DNA of 64,000 bases from an uncultured Clostridia bacterium (GTDB taxonomy: Bacteria > Bacillota > Clostridia > Christensenellales > UBA1242): positions 9-64,008 of the forward strand of contig CALWTI010000001.1 in the NCBI GenBank assembly GCA_944384425.1, written 5' to 3'. Shown one piece after another: positions 25,755 through 35,800 of this stretch. Position 1 is the first letter of the stretch, and every line of letters begins with the position of its first letter. Under the pieces are notes generated by a model. The model worked only from the letters and a program-made list of their open reading frames with translations, was not told the origin of the DNA and did not search any database. A program made the translations under genes and the position numbers.

Positions 25755-26639
25755 TTACACCACAGTGAAGTTTGCTTTGACATTTTCACCGGTATCTGCA
25801 TCTTGATATGTTATCCAATATCCATATTCATTTTCCTTTGTACTGTCAAGTGGAAGCCACTCAGCATAGCCACGAAGTTCTTTTGGTGGTGCATCAGTGT
25901 AAAGCCCTGGCACGCCATAACATATGTATTTGACTTTATCGTTTTCATAGATAAGTCCCAAAACGTAGTAATTGTCACCGTCCTCATTTTCAACCTTAAC
26001 CCACTTTGAGTATGGTATTATTTGCGACAAAAACTCCTCTTCGCTGTGAGTTGAAAACAAACTGCCTATATCTTCACTTATGCTATCATAAAAGCTCTCA
26101 CTCTTATTTTCTTCGCCATTTTCATCACTAAAAAATGCATAGCGATATTTGCAAGTTGTGCACTTGTCACCACACGCTGAAAGCTGACTATCTATTTCAC
26201 TATCAATTTTTTCTTGGTCTTCAAGCTCAATATGGTTTTTATCAAGCACATCTTTGCACTCTTCGTAACCTTTAACATCTTGCATTTCAAGTACTGCCTG
26301 AGCTAAAAATTCGTCAGAAAGCTTGCTGTTTTGTGTGCATCCGTGAAGTAATGGCTTTGCTTCGCCTTTGTAAATGTTTACAACTGCGCAAGAAAATTCG
26401 CCAAGCTCCAAAGGGGTCTGCGTTGCAAAAGTATACTTAAAGTTTCCAACTCTTGTTAAACCAATTTTAACAACCCTCTCTCCTTCTTTTAAGCCAAGCG
26501 ACAAAATTCCATTTGGCTCATCATGAAAGTTATATAACCTAACTTGTCCCTGCGTGTCGCCACTTTCTTTTTCAAAACTTATTACCGCTTTTTCGTTGCC
26601 ACCATCAACAGATGACAGTACCAAAGTTTTTTTTAACAT
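25755..26639 (-). CDS. Conserved-looking hypothetical protein (294 aa) with a central Cys cluster
   Basis: AGGAG lies 6 nt before the ATG at 26639. It has an acidic middle, CGDKCTTCKYRY, and a C-terminus YYVLGLIYENDKVKYICYGVPG..GYWITYQDADTGE. No family recognised. Confidence 0.6.
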   Translation of the reverse strand: MLKKTLVLSSVDGGNEKAVISFEKESGDTQGQVRLYNFHDEPNGILSLGLKEGERVVKIGLTRVGNFKYTFATQTPLELGEFSCAVVNIYKGEAKPLLHGCTQNSKLSDEFLAQAVLEMQDVKGYEECKDVLDKNHIELEDQEKIDSEIDSQLSACGDKCTTCKYRYAFFSDENGEENKSESFYDSISEDIGSLFSTHSEEEFLSQIIPYSKWVKVENEDGDNYYVLGLIYENDKVKYICYGVPGLYTDAPPKELRGYAEWLPLDSTKENEYGYWITYQDADTGENVKANFTVV

Positions 26640-26721
26640 AAACATCTCCTAAAAATAAAAAAATTACACTATATATTATAGTGAAATTTTGTGTTTATGG
26701 TGATTACAATAATGGCAAATA

Positions 26722-27522
26722 TTATCTAACTTTGTCGAATGTTTTGGCTAAGTTAATATAGTCGCATACAGTCAAATTTTCTGCCCTTGCATTCTCTGAA
26801 ATACCACAGCTTCTTAACCATTTTAATATCTCATCTTTTGAAAAATCAAAGCCAGACTTTAAGTTGTTGTAAATTGTCTTTCTTCTCATTGCAAAGCTTT
26901 TATGGACTATGTCAGAAAAAATGCCCGCATCACATACACACTCTTTAAGGTCAATTCTAACAACGGCAGAGTCAACATTTGGCATTGGAGTGAAACATTG
27001 CCTTTTCACAGTTCTTAGCACCTTTACATCGCCGTAGAAACTTAGCATAACAGTCAAAACACCATAGTCAGAAGTATTGACATCTGCTACCATTCTTTGT
27101 GCAACTTCTTTTTGAACCATAACAGTTATGCTCTTGACTTTTTTTGATTCAATAAATTTAAAAATAAGTGGAGTGGTGATATAATACGGCAAATTTGCAA
27201 CTATTTTAAAATTATTTTCAAAATTATTTTCAATGTCTTTAATATTTGCTTTTAGTGCATCAGAAAAAACTATTTTTACATTGTCATAATTTTTAAATTT
27301 TTCTGTTAAAATAGGCTTTAAATTTTCATCAATTTCATATGAGACAACTTTTTTTGAATTTTGCGCTAAAATCTCAGTAAGAGTTCCAGCGCCCGTGCCT
27401 ATTTCAAGCACTTCATCTTCTTTATTTACGCCTGAATCACGCACTATTGCAGATAATAAATTTGTGTCAAAAATAAAATTTTGACCATATTTTTTTTTAA
27501 ATTTAAAATTATTTAATTCCAT
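26722..27522 (-). CDS. rsmA: 16S rRNA (adenine1518/1519-N6)-dimethyltransferase
   Basis: KKYGQNFIFDTNLL, SAM motif VLEIGTGAGTLTEIL, NLPYYITTP. Confidence 0.9.
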   Translation of the reverse strand: MELNNFKFKKKYGQNFIFDTNLLSAIVRDSGVNKEDEVLEIGTGAGTLTEILAQNSKKVVSYEIDENLKPILTEKFKNYDNVKIVFSDALKANIKDIENNFENNFKIVANLPYYITTPLIFKFIESKKVKSITVMVQKEVAQRMVADVNTSDYGVLTVMLSFYGDVKVLRTVKRQCFTPMPNVDSAVVRIDLKECVCDAGIFSDIVHKSFAMRRKTIYNNLKSGFDFSKDEILKWLRSCGISENARAENLTVCDYINLAKTFDKVR

Positions 27523-27532
27523 ATTTTTTCCA

Positions 27533-28297
27533 TTAAATATTATATATTTTTTTTGTATTTATTTCCATTATTTTTTCAAGTTCTGAAATTGGTATATTTT
27601 TTATTTCACTTATTTTTTGAGCAATTATTGGTATATTTTTGGGCTGATTAGAAATGCCACGAAGTGGCTCTGGTGACATATATGGGCAATCGGTCTCAGT
27701 CAAAATTCTGTCAAGCGGAGTGACTTGAACAATTTCTCTTAAACTATTGGCATTTTTAAATGTAATTGCTCCGCCATATGAAACATAAAACCCAAGTTTA
27801 CATATTTCATCAAGCACTTCTTTTGAACCGTGAAAGCAATGAAAAACTCCACCTTTTTTGAAGTGAGATTTGTATTTTCTCACTATGTCAAGCGTGTCAC
27901 CCATAGCGTCGCGCGTGTGAATAACGACAGGAAGGTCAACCTTTTCGGCAAGAAGAATTTGCCTTTCAAACACCTTTTGTTGCAACTCTTTGTTTTGTTT
28001 AGAGTAGTGATAGTCAAGGCCAATCTCACCTATTGCGATAACTTTTTTATTTTGACAAAGTTTAATAAGTTCGCTTTCAACTTGGTCGTTATAGTCCTCA
28101 CAGTTTTCTGGGTGTACACCAACTGTTGCAAATACGCCGTCATATTTTTCGCTTAGTTTAATTGCGCCTATTGATGAGTTTAAGTCATAACTTGAACATA
28201 TGATTTTTTGTACATTATTATTTTTTGCATTTTGAACCACATCTTGTGCAATATTTAAAAGTTCATCTTGAAGATGTGCGTGTGTGTCAATAAACAT
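27533..28297 (-). CDS. tatD: TatD-family metal-dependent hydrolase
   Basis: MFIDTHAHL N-terminus, IGEIGLDY, VVIHTRDA, ETDCPYMSP. Confidence 0.9.
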   Translation of the reverse strand: MFIDTHAHLQDELLNIAQDVVQNAKNNNVQKIICSSYDLNSSIGAIKLSEKYDGVFATVGVHPENCEDYNDQVESELIKLCQNKKVIAIGEIGLDYHYSKQNKELQQKVFERQILLAEKVDLPVVIHTRDAMGDTLDIVRKYKSHFKKGGVFHCFHGSKEVLDEICKLGFYVSYGGAITFKNANSLREIVQVTPLDRILTETDCPYMSPEPLRGISNQPKNIPIIAQKISEIKNIPISELEKIMEINTKKIYNI

Positions 28298-28375
28298 TAT
28301 AACCTCTTAGTTTGAATTATATATTATTTTGATTTTAAACACAAATATTTTTCAATCACAAGCATATACATTGAT

Positions 28376-28936
28376 ATGAGCAAAATTTGGACTAGCTTAA
28401 TGATTATTAGTCTTTTGGTGCTGATTTTTGTTGAGCCTAATTTGATTATTAGCACAATGATTGACCAGTCAAAAGATGTTGTGAGCCTTTGCATAAATCT
28501 TTTGGCAATTTATGCCGTTTGGCTTGGAATACTTGAAATAGTTGAGCAAAGTGGTCTTGGGGAAAAACTTTCAAAACTACTTTCACCACCTATTAAAAAG
28601 CTTTTCAAAATAAATGATAGCGAGCAAATAAAATATATATCCTATAACATTTCTAGCAATCTTTTAGGCCTTGGCAATGCGGCAACGCCAAGTGGAATAA
28701 AGGCAGTAAAATGTATGGAAAAAGACTTGAAACACACAAAGTTTGCCATGCTTATGCTTTTAGTGGTCAATTCAACAGGCATACAACTTTTGCCAACGAC
28801 AATAATTGGACTTAGAGCAAGTGCAGGCAGTGTATCTGCATCAGACATAATTTTTCCAACAATTATTTCAAGCGTGGTCACCACCGTAATTTGTGTTTGC
28901 ATTTTGTTTTTATATAAAAAGTTTAAAAAACTATGA
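28376..28936 (+). CDS. spmA: Spore maturation protein A-like (nucleoside-recognition-domain membrane protein)
   Basis: Polytopic membrane protein with NLLGLGNAATPSGIKA. It is paired by a 4-nt overlap with an SpmB-like gene. Confidence 0.7.
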   Translation: MSKIWTSLMIISLLVLIFVEPNLIISTMIDQSKDVVSLCINLLAIYAVWLGILEIVEQSGLGEKLSKLLSPPIKKLFKINDSEQIKYISYNISSNLLGLGNAATPSGIKAVKCMEKDLKHTKFAMLMLLVVNSTGIQLLPTTIIGLRASAGSVSASDIIFPTIISSVVTTVICVCILFLYKKFKKL

Positions 28937-29436
28937 GCGTTTACATAATACCTATAATCTTAATTGTTTTGATTTTGTACGGGACATACAAAAAAGTCAA
29001 TGTGTATTCCGCCTTTTGTCAAGGAGCAAAAAGTTCGTTTGACCTTGTTAAAGGCATTTTCCCATACATTGTTGCAATTATGATTTCAGTTGCTCTTTTT
29101 AGGGTTAGTGGGCTTGCAAGTCAGCTTGTACAATTTTTAACACCGCTTTTTAATGTTTTGGGTATACCTAGTGAAGTGTGCGAACTTGTGCTTTTAAAGC
29201 CGTTTACTGGCAGTGGAAGTTTGTCTATTTTGGAGGACATAATCTCTCGCTACGGCGCTGACAGTTACATATCCCGCTGTGCCTGCGTGATAATGGGCGG
29301 AAGCGAAACTGTTTTTTATGTTTCTGCTGTGTATTTTGCTGGCTCTAAACAAAAAATTGCACCTGCCATTATAATCTCGCTTTTTGGTGGCATACTTAGT
29401 GCAATTATTGGATGTCTCTTTTGTAAAATTATGTGA
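28933..29436 (+). CDS. spmB: Spore maturation protein B-like membrane protein
   Basis: 167-aa membrane protein with LKPFTGSGSLSILEDI. Translationally coupled to the spmA-like gene. Confidence 0.7.
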   Translation: MSVYIIPIILIVLILYGTYKKVNVYSAFCQGAKSSFDLVKGIFPYIVAIMISVALFRVSGLASQLVQFLTPLFNVLGIPSEVCELVLLKPFTGSGSLSILEDIISRYGADSYISRCACVIMGGSETVFYVSAVYFAGSKQKIAPAIIISLFGGILSAIIGCLFCKIM

Positions 29437-30229
29437 GGGAAAGTGCAAGCTTATACACTTCGTTTTTTTTGACGCCAAAATTTTTGGCAACCGTCTTTAT
29501 TGCTTCATTTTTGTCCATGCCCTCACCCATAAGGCGTTTTAACTGTTCCTGTATGCTCTCAGTTTGTTCTTGTGTATGAGGTTGATTTTGAACAACAAGC
29601 ACATATTCACCTTTTGGCTCAATATTAAGCTCGTCGCCTAGGTCAAAAAATATTGTCTTTTCGTGAATTTTTGTTATTTCATTCACAAGGCAAGCTTTTT
29701 GCGTGCCAAGGCATGAATATATGAATTTTATGTCATCAAAAACATTGTAAGGCGAAACATAAAAAACTATTGCGCCACAAAAGTTTTTGACATTTTCAAG
29801 TTGCATTTTCCTTTTTTTGTTTTGTTCACTCAAAAAGCCCACAAAACAAAATTCACTCCCTGCAAAACCACTCAAAACAAGTGCCGACAAAACTGCGCTT
29901 GCGCCTGGTATTACAGTAAACTCAATGTTATTTTCTATCAAACTCTTTGTAAGTATCTCGCCTGGGTCAGAGATAAGTGGCGTTCCACTGTCACTTATTA
30001 CTGCGATGTTTTTGCCTTCTTTGGCTAGGTCAACAATACCTTTTGAACTCGTTTTTTCATTAAATTTGTGATATGCAATTAGTTTTTTGTGAATGTCGTA
30101 GTGATTAAGTAATTTCAACGAATTTCTTGTGTCTTCGCACGCAATGACATCAACGCTTTTCAGTGTTTCAAGCGCTCTTAGCGAAATGTCTTTCAAATTA
30201 CCTATTGGAGTGGATACAAAATATACCAT
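29429..30229 (-). CDS. rsmI: 16S rRNA (cytidine1402-2'-O)-methyltransferase
   Basis: YFVSTPIGNLKDISLRALETLKSVDVIACEDTR tetrapyrrole-methylase-fold N-terminus, typical of RsmI/YabC. Confidence 0.85.
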   Translation of the reverse strand: MVYFVSTPIGNLKDISLRALETLKSVDVIACEDTRNSLKLLNHYDIHKKLIAYHKFNEKTSSKGIVDLAKEGKNIAVISDSGTPLISDPGEILTKSLIENNIEFTVIPGASAVLSALVLSGFAGSEFCFVGFLSEQNKKRKMQLENVKNFCGAIVFYVSPYNVFDDIKFIYSCLGTQKACLVNEITKIHEKTIFFDLGDELNIEPKGEYVLVVQNQPHTQEQTESIQEQLKRLMGEGMDKNEAIKTVAKNFGVKKNEVYKLALSLT

Positions 30230-30942
30230 TATTTTACCTCATCACGATATAATTTTTGAATTGTTTGCACATAGTTGCCGTCAAGGTCGTTGGTGATAAG
30301 CACTGGCATAACCTTAACTGAAAACTTTGCGTCTTTTTTACACATAACATAGACTGTACTCGCGTCTTTATTTTTTGTTGGCTGTGCAAAAAACATTTTC
30401 TTTGGCATCAATTTATTTTTGACAAGCTCAACAATAAGTTCACATAGCCTATTCGCTGGATAGACAACATAAAAAGTGCCACCACTTTTTAATAATTTAC
30501 TCGAAGCACTCGCAACAACATTTAAAGGAAGATATTTTTCATGTCTTGCGATTGCCACTTCTTCATTTGGACTTGTTGTTTCACCAGTAAAGTATGGCGG
30601 ATTAGCATACACAACATCAACTTGGTTTTTGATGTATTTTGCATAATTTTTTATATCATCATTTATTACTTCAATGTTTTCTATGTTGTTATATTCAATA
30701 TTTTTTTTAGCTAAATCACTATATTTTTTTTGAATTTCAAAGGCGTATATTTTTTTTACATTTTGTTTGTGTGACAAAAGTATTGATATTATTCCACTGC
30801 CCGTCCCTATTTCAACACAAACGCTGGACGCTGGCGCTTTGATGAAATTGCTTAAAAGCACGCTGTCACTTGTGAAGTTATAGCCGTCAACATATTGATA
30901 AAGTTTGAGCCCGTCAAGCATAAGGTCATCAAGCCTTAACAT
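30229..30942 (-). CDS. SAM-dependent N6-adenine methyltransferase, YabB/TrmN6-like
   Basis: SAM motif VEIGTGSGIISILL and NPPY catalytic motif (VYANPPYF). Its position between the rsmI and yaaT homologues matches Bacillus. Confidence 0.7.
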   Translation of the reverse strand: MLRLDDLMLDGLKLYQYVDGYNFTSDSVLLSNFIKAPASSVCVEIGTGSGIISILLSHKQNVKKIYAFEIQKKYSDLAKKNIEYNNIENIEVINDDIKNYAKYIKNQVDVVYANPPYFTGETTSPNEEVAIARHEKYLPLNVVASASSKLLKSGGTFYVVYPANRLCELIVELVKNKLMPKKMFFAQPTKNKDASTVYVMCKKDAKFSVKVMPVLITNDLDGNYVQTIQKLYRDEVK

Positions 30943-31759
30943 CTTTGACCTCTAAAATGGTGATTTCGTCGAGTGCATAGTTTACAATTTCAAAACTATC
31001 ACCTTTTTCAAATTTAACATCAACAGTTTGTTTTAATAAGTTGTTATAAACAACTTTGCCAATTCCGTCTTTTGTCTTAACCTCTGAATTTATTTTTGGC
31101 ATTTTCTTTGCAATTTCGGCGTAGTGCTCATTTTCATATGCAAGGCAACACATGAGCCTACCACAAAGTCCACTTATTTTGGTTGGATTGAGACTAAGTC
31201 CTTGATTTTTCGCCATTTTGATTGTGGCGTGGTCAAAGTCTTTTAAAAATCTACTGCAACAAACTTCTCTTCCACATGGGCCAAGGCCACCAAGGAGCTG
31301 AGTTTCCACGCGTTGACCTATTTGGTGAAGCTCAATTCTGCACCTATAAATGCTTGCAAGTTTTTTCACAAGTTCACGAAAGTCCACCCTGTTGTCAGAT
31401 GTGAAGTTGATTACAACTTTTGATTGGTCAAGACTGAGTTCTGCGTTTGTTATCTTCATATCAAGACCAAGGCTTTGGCTCAAACTTTCTGCCGTTTTTT
31501 TGATTTCTTTTTCCTTTTCGACATTTTTTTGTTTTTGTTTAATGTCGTCATCGGTCGCCATTCGAACAACTTTTTTTAACTGGTCCTCATGTGGATAATT
31601 TTCCACATATTCAACATCTGTAACAACATATGCAAGTTCCAAACCTCGTGAAGTGTCAACGACAATTTTGTCGCCCTTTTTTAGTGCCATACCATTTGCT
31701 AAAAAAGAATATATCTTTCCATTTGGCTCATATGATACATCGACTTTATCTATGCGCAT
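30929..31759 (-). CDS. ricT: PSP1-domain protein RicT (YaaT)
   Basis: PSP1 C-terminal domain with Cys clusters GPCGREVCCSRFL and LCGRLMCCLAYE. Confidence 0.85.
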   Translation of the reverse strand: MRIDKVDVSYEPNGKIYSFLANGMALKKGDKIVVDTSRGLELAYVVTDVEYVENYPHEDQLKKVVRMATDDDIKQKQKNVEKEKEIKKTAESLSQSLGLDMKITNAELSLDQSKVVINFTSDNRVDFRELVKKLASIYRCRIELHQIGQRVETQLLGGLGPCGREVCCSRFLKDFDHATIKMAKNQGLSLNPTKISGLCGRLMCCLAYENEHYAEIAKKMPKINSEVKTKDGIGKVVYNNLLKQTVDVKFEKGDSFEIVNYALDEITILEVKDVKA

Positions 31760-32715
31760 AAATATTTTACCTCCAAAATGCTAGTAAGCAAACTCTCAAA
31801 CAAAAGTGAAAGCGTTACATTTGAATATTGTTTTTTGTTTACATCATTTATTCTTTTTATTATTTCAACAATCGCCTTCATTGAAAATTCATCAGAAATA
31901 CTTTCGAAAACGCCAATGAGTGTTTTATTTTTGACTAAATTGCTGTTTTTTGATTTTACAAGGGCGATGTCCCTATACATATTTTGCATAAGTCCAATAG
32001 TGCCAAGAAACTGGCTTTTGGTCATCTTTGGCACAATATAGTCAACAATTTGTGAACTTGATTTAAGCTTTGTGACAATGTTTTTTGCTAAATTGTAATT
32101 TGTCATAAAGTCTTGGTCAAGTAAAATTTGCTTTGTTTCACCAATATAGCCGTTTGAATAGTCCAAAGCAAGTGAAAAATCTTGTTGACTTTGATAGTCA
32201 GAAAAAATTTGTGTCAAAGTGTCTTCATCAAATGGTGGAATTTCAACTTTTAATAGTCTTGACTTCACCGTTGAAAGCACTTTGTTTAAATTGGTTGTTG
32301 ATATTAAAAATATGGTGTTTTTTGGTGGACTTTCCAAAACTTTCAGCAGTTTATTTTGTGACTGCTCACTTGAATTTTCAAGATTTTTTATCATTATGAT
32401 TTTATATTCGCCCATAATTGCCTTTTTGTTTGCGTCAAGTATCACCCCTTGCGAATCATCTGTGCTGAACGCATCACCTTTTGGATACACGCACACATCA
32501 GGGTGCGACCCACACTGAATTTTTTGACAAGTTGGACAATTATCGTCGCCACCGCCGTCACATAAAATTTGTTTTGCACAAACTAGCAAAATTTCATCAA
32601 GGGTGAGCGTGTCAGGGCAATAAAAAAGATAGCCACCAACAAGTTTTTTTTGTGCTTTTTGGTGCAATATATCTTGCATATATTTTTGTTTTAAAAAATA
32701 TTTTTGAAAATTCAC
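31750..32715 (-). CDS. holB: DNA polymerase III subunit delta-prime
   Basis: GGYLFYCP region, zinc module CPTCQKIQCGSHPDV, SEQSQNKLLKVLESPP, TVKSRL. GTG start with no obvious RBS. Confidence 0.75.
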   Translation of the reverse strand: MNFQKYFLKQKYMQDILHQKAQKKLVGGYLFYCPDTLTLDEILLVCAKQILCDGGGDDNCPTCQKIQCGSHPDVCVYPKGDAFSTDDSQGVILDANKKAIMGEYKIIMIKNLENSSEQSQNKLLKVLESPPKNTIFLISTTNLNKVLSTVKSRLLKVEIPPFDEDTLTQIFSDYQSQQDFSLALDYSNGYIGETKQILLDQDFMTNYNLAKNIVTKLKSSSQIVDYIVPKMTKSQFLGTIGLMQNMYRDIALVKSKNSNLVKNKTLIGVFESISDEFSMKAIVEIIKRINDVNKKQYSNVTLSLLFESLLTSILEVKYLCA

Positions 32716-32761
32716 ATTTTTATTTTATCACAAATATATTTTTTTTCAAATACTTACGCAT

Positions 32762-32795
32762 AAAAAAACAATGAAGTTGAACTTCATTGTTTTTT
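32762..32795 (-). terminator. Rho-independent terminator of the giant B/C unit
   Basis: Stem acaatgaag/cttcattgt with A- and T-runs on both sides, about 10 nt after the giant B stop. Confidence 0.7.
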
Positions 32796-32801
32796 ATTGT
32801 G

Positions 32802-35800
32802 TTATTCATTCGAAGGCCAAGAAGAAATGTCGCCATTAATATAGCCGTAATACCCGTCTCCCACTCTTTCAAAGTTATTTATGCTGAAATTGCCAAGCTT
32901 AGCTTCTAACCCTTCATAGCCAGATGGAGAAAAACCATAAACCACAGTAGACAAATAAATTGCATATTGAAGTGGTATTCCTGTAATTGTATTGCCCATA
33001 CGCAAATTTTTTATTGACAAATCAATTTCCACATTTAGCCCATTTCTTACTGCCAACTCGATGTCATTGACTTCTTCTAAGATGTCGCCATTGTATCCGC
33101 CAATAAGCTTGGATACATAAACTCTATAAAGTTCTGAACCTTCTTCTTGTTCTGTATCACTTATTGAATTGTCACCATAAATGCTGATATCAGATGAAAT
33201 TGAAGTGTTTATACTGTTTGCAATTATTTCCAAAGTGCCACCTTCTGTTACGCTAGCACCGTCACTTGTAATTAAACCAATAACACTTCCAGCATAACTT
33301 GCATCCGATGTTTCTTCTTGTGCTAGTTTTGCTGGTTTTATAAGTTTGAGATTGGTTGCTTCATCTTTGCCAACTGTAAAGTCAGTGATTATGACATTAC
33401 CAAAAGTTCCACTAAATTCCACTTCGCCAATAATTCCACCAAGTGCATTTTGACCAGTTAAATCACCAGTAAAATTACTATTATTTATTGTCACACTTTG
33501 CGAAACTTTGCCTGCAAGTCCGCCCACACTGTCAACTGCAATGGTATTATTAAATTGTATGTCTATGTCAACATCACAATCATAAATGTTTGCTGGTTGC
33601 TGTGCAGAGCCTCTGACAATTCCACAAAGTCCACCAACTGCAATTGGAATTTTTGGCGTGAGATTGAAGATATAGTACGGCGTCACATCTTCGCCGTCTT
33701 CTATACTTACGCCTGAAACTTTGACATTTCTTAATGTTCCTTTAAGGTCGCCGACAATAATGCCACCATAAGCGCTTGCACGAATAAAGTAATTATCAAG
33801 CATTTGGTATTCATACGAGATGTCACGAACTTCTGCATTCATACCAATTCCGCCAAACATAAATCCGCTCACCATTCCTATTGTTGCAACGGCGTTTGTT
33901 ATGTTTGCATTTTTGAGTACACCAACTCCACCAAGATATCCAACAATACTTCCTGAATACGAAACAGTGTTATAATTTGAACCACCTTCTTCATAAAGTA
34001 TTTCTTTTTGAACAGATTGAGTTGTCCAATTAGAATTGTTGTTTGTTTGATAAGCATTTGTTGAAATTGAGGAGTATATATTTTGAATATCAAATGAATT
34101 TATTGTTCTTCCGAAAACTCCTCCAACAATGTTCTTTCCCAAAATCACATTTGAACTATTTCCAGAGTTATACCCATCGACAGTTATGTTATAAGCATAA
34201 ACTCTATAAACTGTACCTGCGACCGTACCAACATTGACTGCATTTGGAAGGTTTATGTATTTTGGAGAAAATTCAACATTTTGTATTGTTGCATAATCAT
34301 TACCATCGCCTATTTGTGCGAAGTATCCGCCCGATGTTAGTCCCGTACTTGTGTTGATTGAGAAGTTTGAAATAGTAAGACCATTGCCTTCAAAATATCC
34401 TGCTAGCGTGTATGAGTATAGCGAACTTACAACCAAGTTTTCTGCTGTGTAGTCAATATCTTTAACAAGTCTGTAATATTTTGAGTTGACATTTCTTATG
34501 CTATTTGAAATAAAATCTTCTTCAAATCTCACAGCTGATGTCACAATAATTGGGTTATACATTGAGCCTTCAGTGTTAGAGCCAGATGTTTCCGCGTACA
34601 CATACAATGTTTCGCCCGTTTCTTCAACATATTGACTGCTTTCTATATATTTTGATGACGATGCTAATATGTTTGCAGCAACTAGTTGTGGTCTATTCTC
34701 TCTAAATTGCATATATTGTCCATCGCTTTGCAAACTCTGAACAGTGATAAGCCTTGAATATTGCAAATAATTTCTATAATCACTTGCTGAAATTTTTGAG
34801 CCCGTGGTAATTGTGTTGTTAGTTAAATATGAATTGTTGTCTTTTGCATAGAACCAAACACCACTTGTTATGTCGTTGTTTGTGTTTATTGCAAAGGTGT
34901 TGAACAATTTTTCCCCAACAGTGTAATCTGAACCACTTGATGTGACTGCATAACCAATAGCAAACGAAATCACTGGTATTGCAGTCAAGCCTTCGCCGTA
35001 AAGTCCATTTGAAACATTTATTCCAACATTGAAGTTTTCATCACTTAAATAATAACTATCACTTATTGTTCCTGTGCAAGTGATATAGAATGGATAGTTA
35101 CCTGTGTCTCTATCTCCAAGTTTACTTGTTGTGTAAGATGATATTATTTCCCCGTTATTTGTACAAACAAATCCAGAGTTTATTGATGAAGATGTCAATG
35201 GAATATTTGCATAACAATTTGATATAGTTCCCTCATTTATATAAGCAAATGCACCCGCAATTGAGTTTGCTCTTATGATGTAATTTGTGTCTGTGGCGTA
35301 TATGTATGAAAGTCCAGTGGAAAATGCACCTTCAATATAACTTGCAAATACCGTTCCATAGTTTTGAGCAACAAAGCCCGCTGTGGAGTTGTTAACATTT
35401 GTACTTGAATTTCTTATGTAACTTCTCTTTACATAACTTGATGCAATGTGTCCATTATTTACTGCTACAAAGCCAGCAAGGTTTGCACCAAAACTTTCAA
35501 TGCGAACATTCACTCTTGAATTTGTTATAAAGCCCGAGTTAACCGCAACAAAAGGTGCAATGTTTGAAGTTGAAGTGAGTGACATAGGCGCCGAATTCGT
35601 CACGATGAGCGATGATGCATCATCTTGATAAACAACTCGGCAGTTGGTTATTGTGCCGTTGTTTTGAGCAGCAATTAGTCCAAAGTTAAATGAGTTAGCA
35701 CTGCTTTCATTTCTAAAATTGAATGTTGTGTTTCGACCAATCTCGACTGTTAGGTTGCAAATAACTGAATTTTCATCAACTGTTGAGAATAGTCCGAAGT

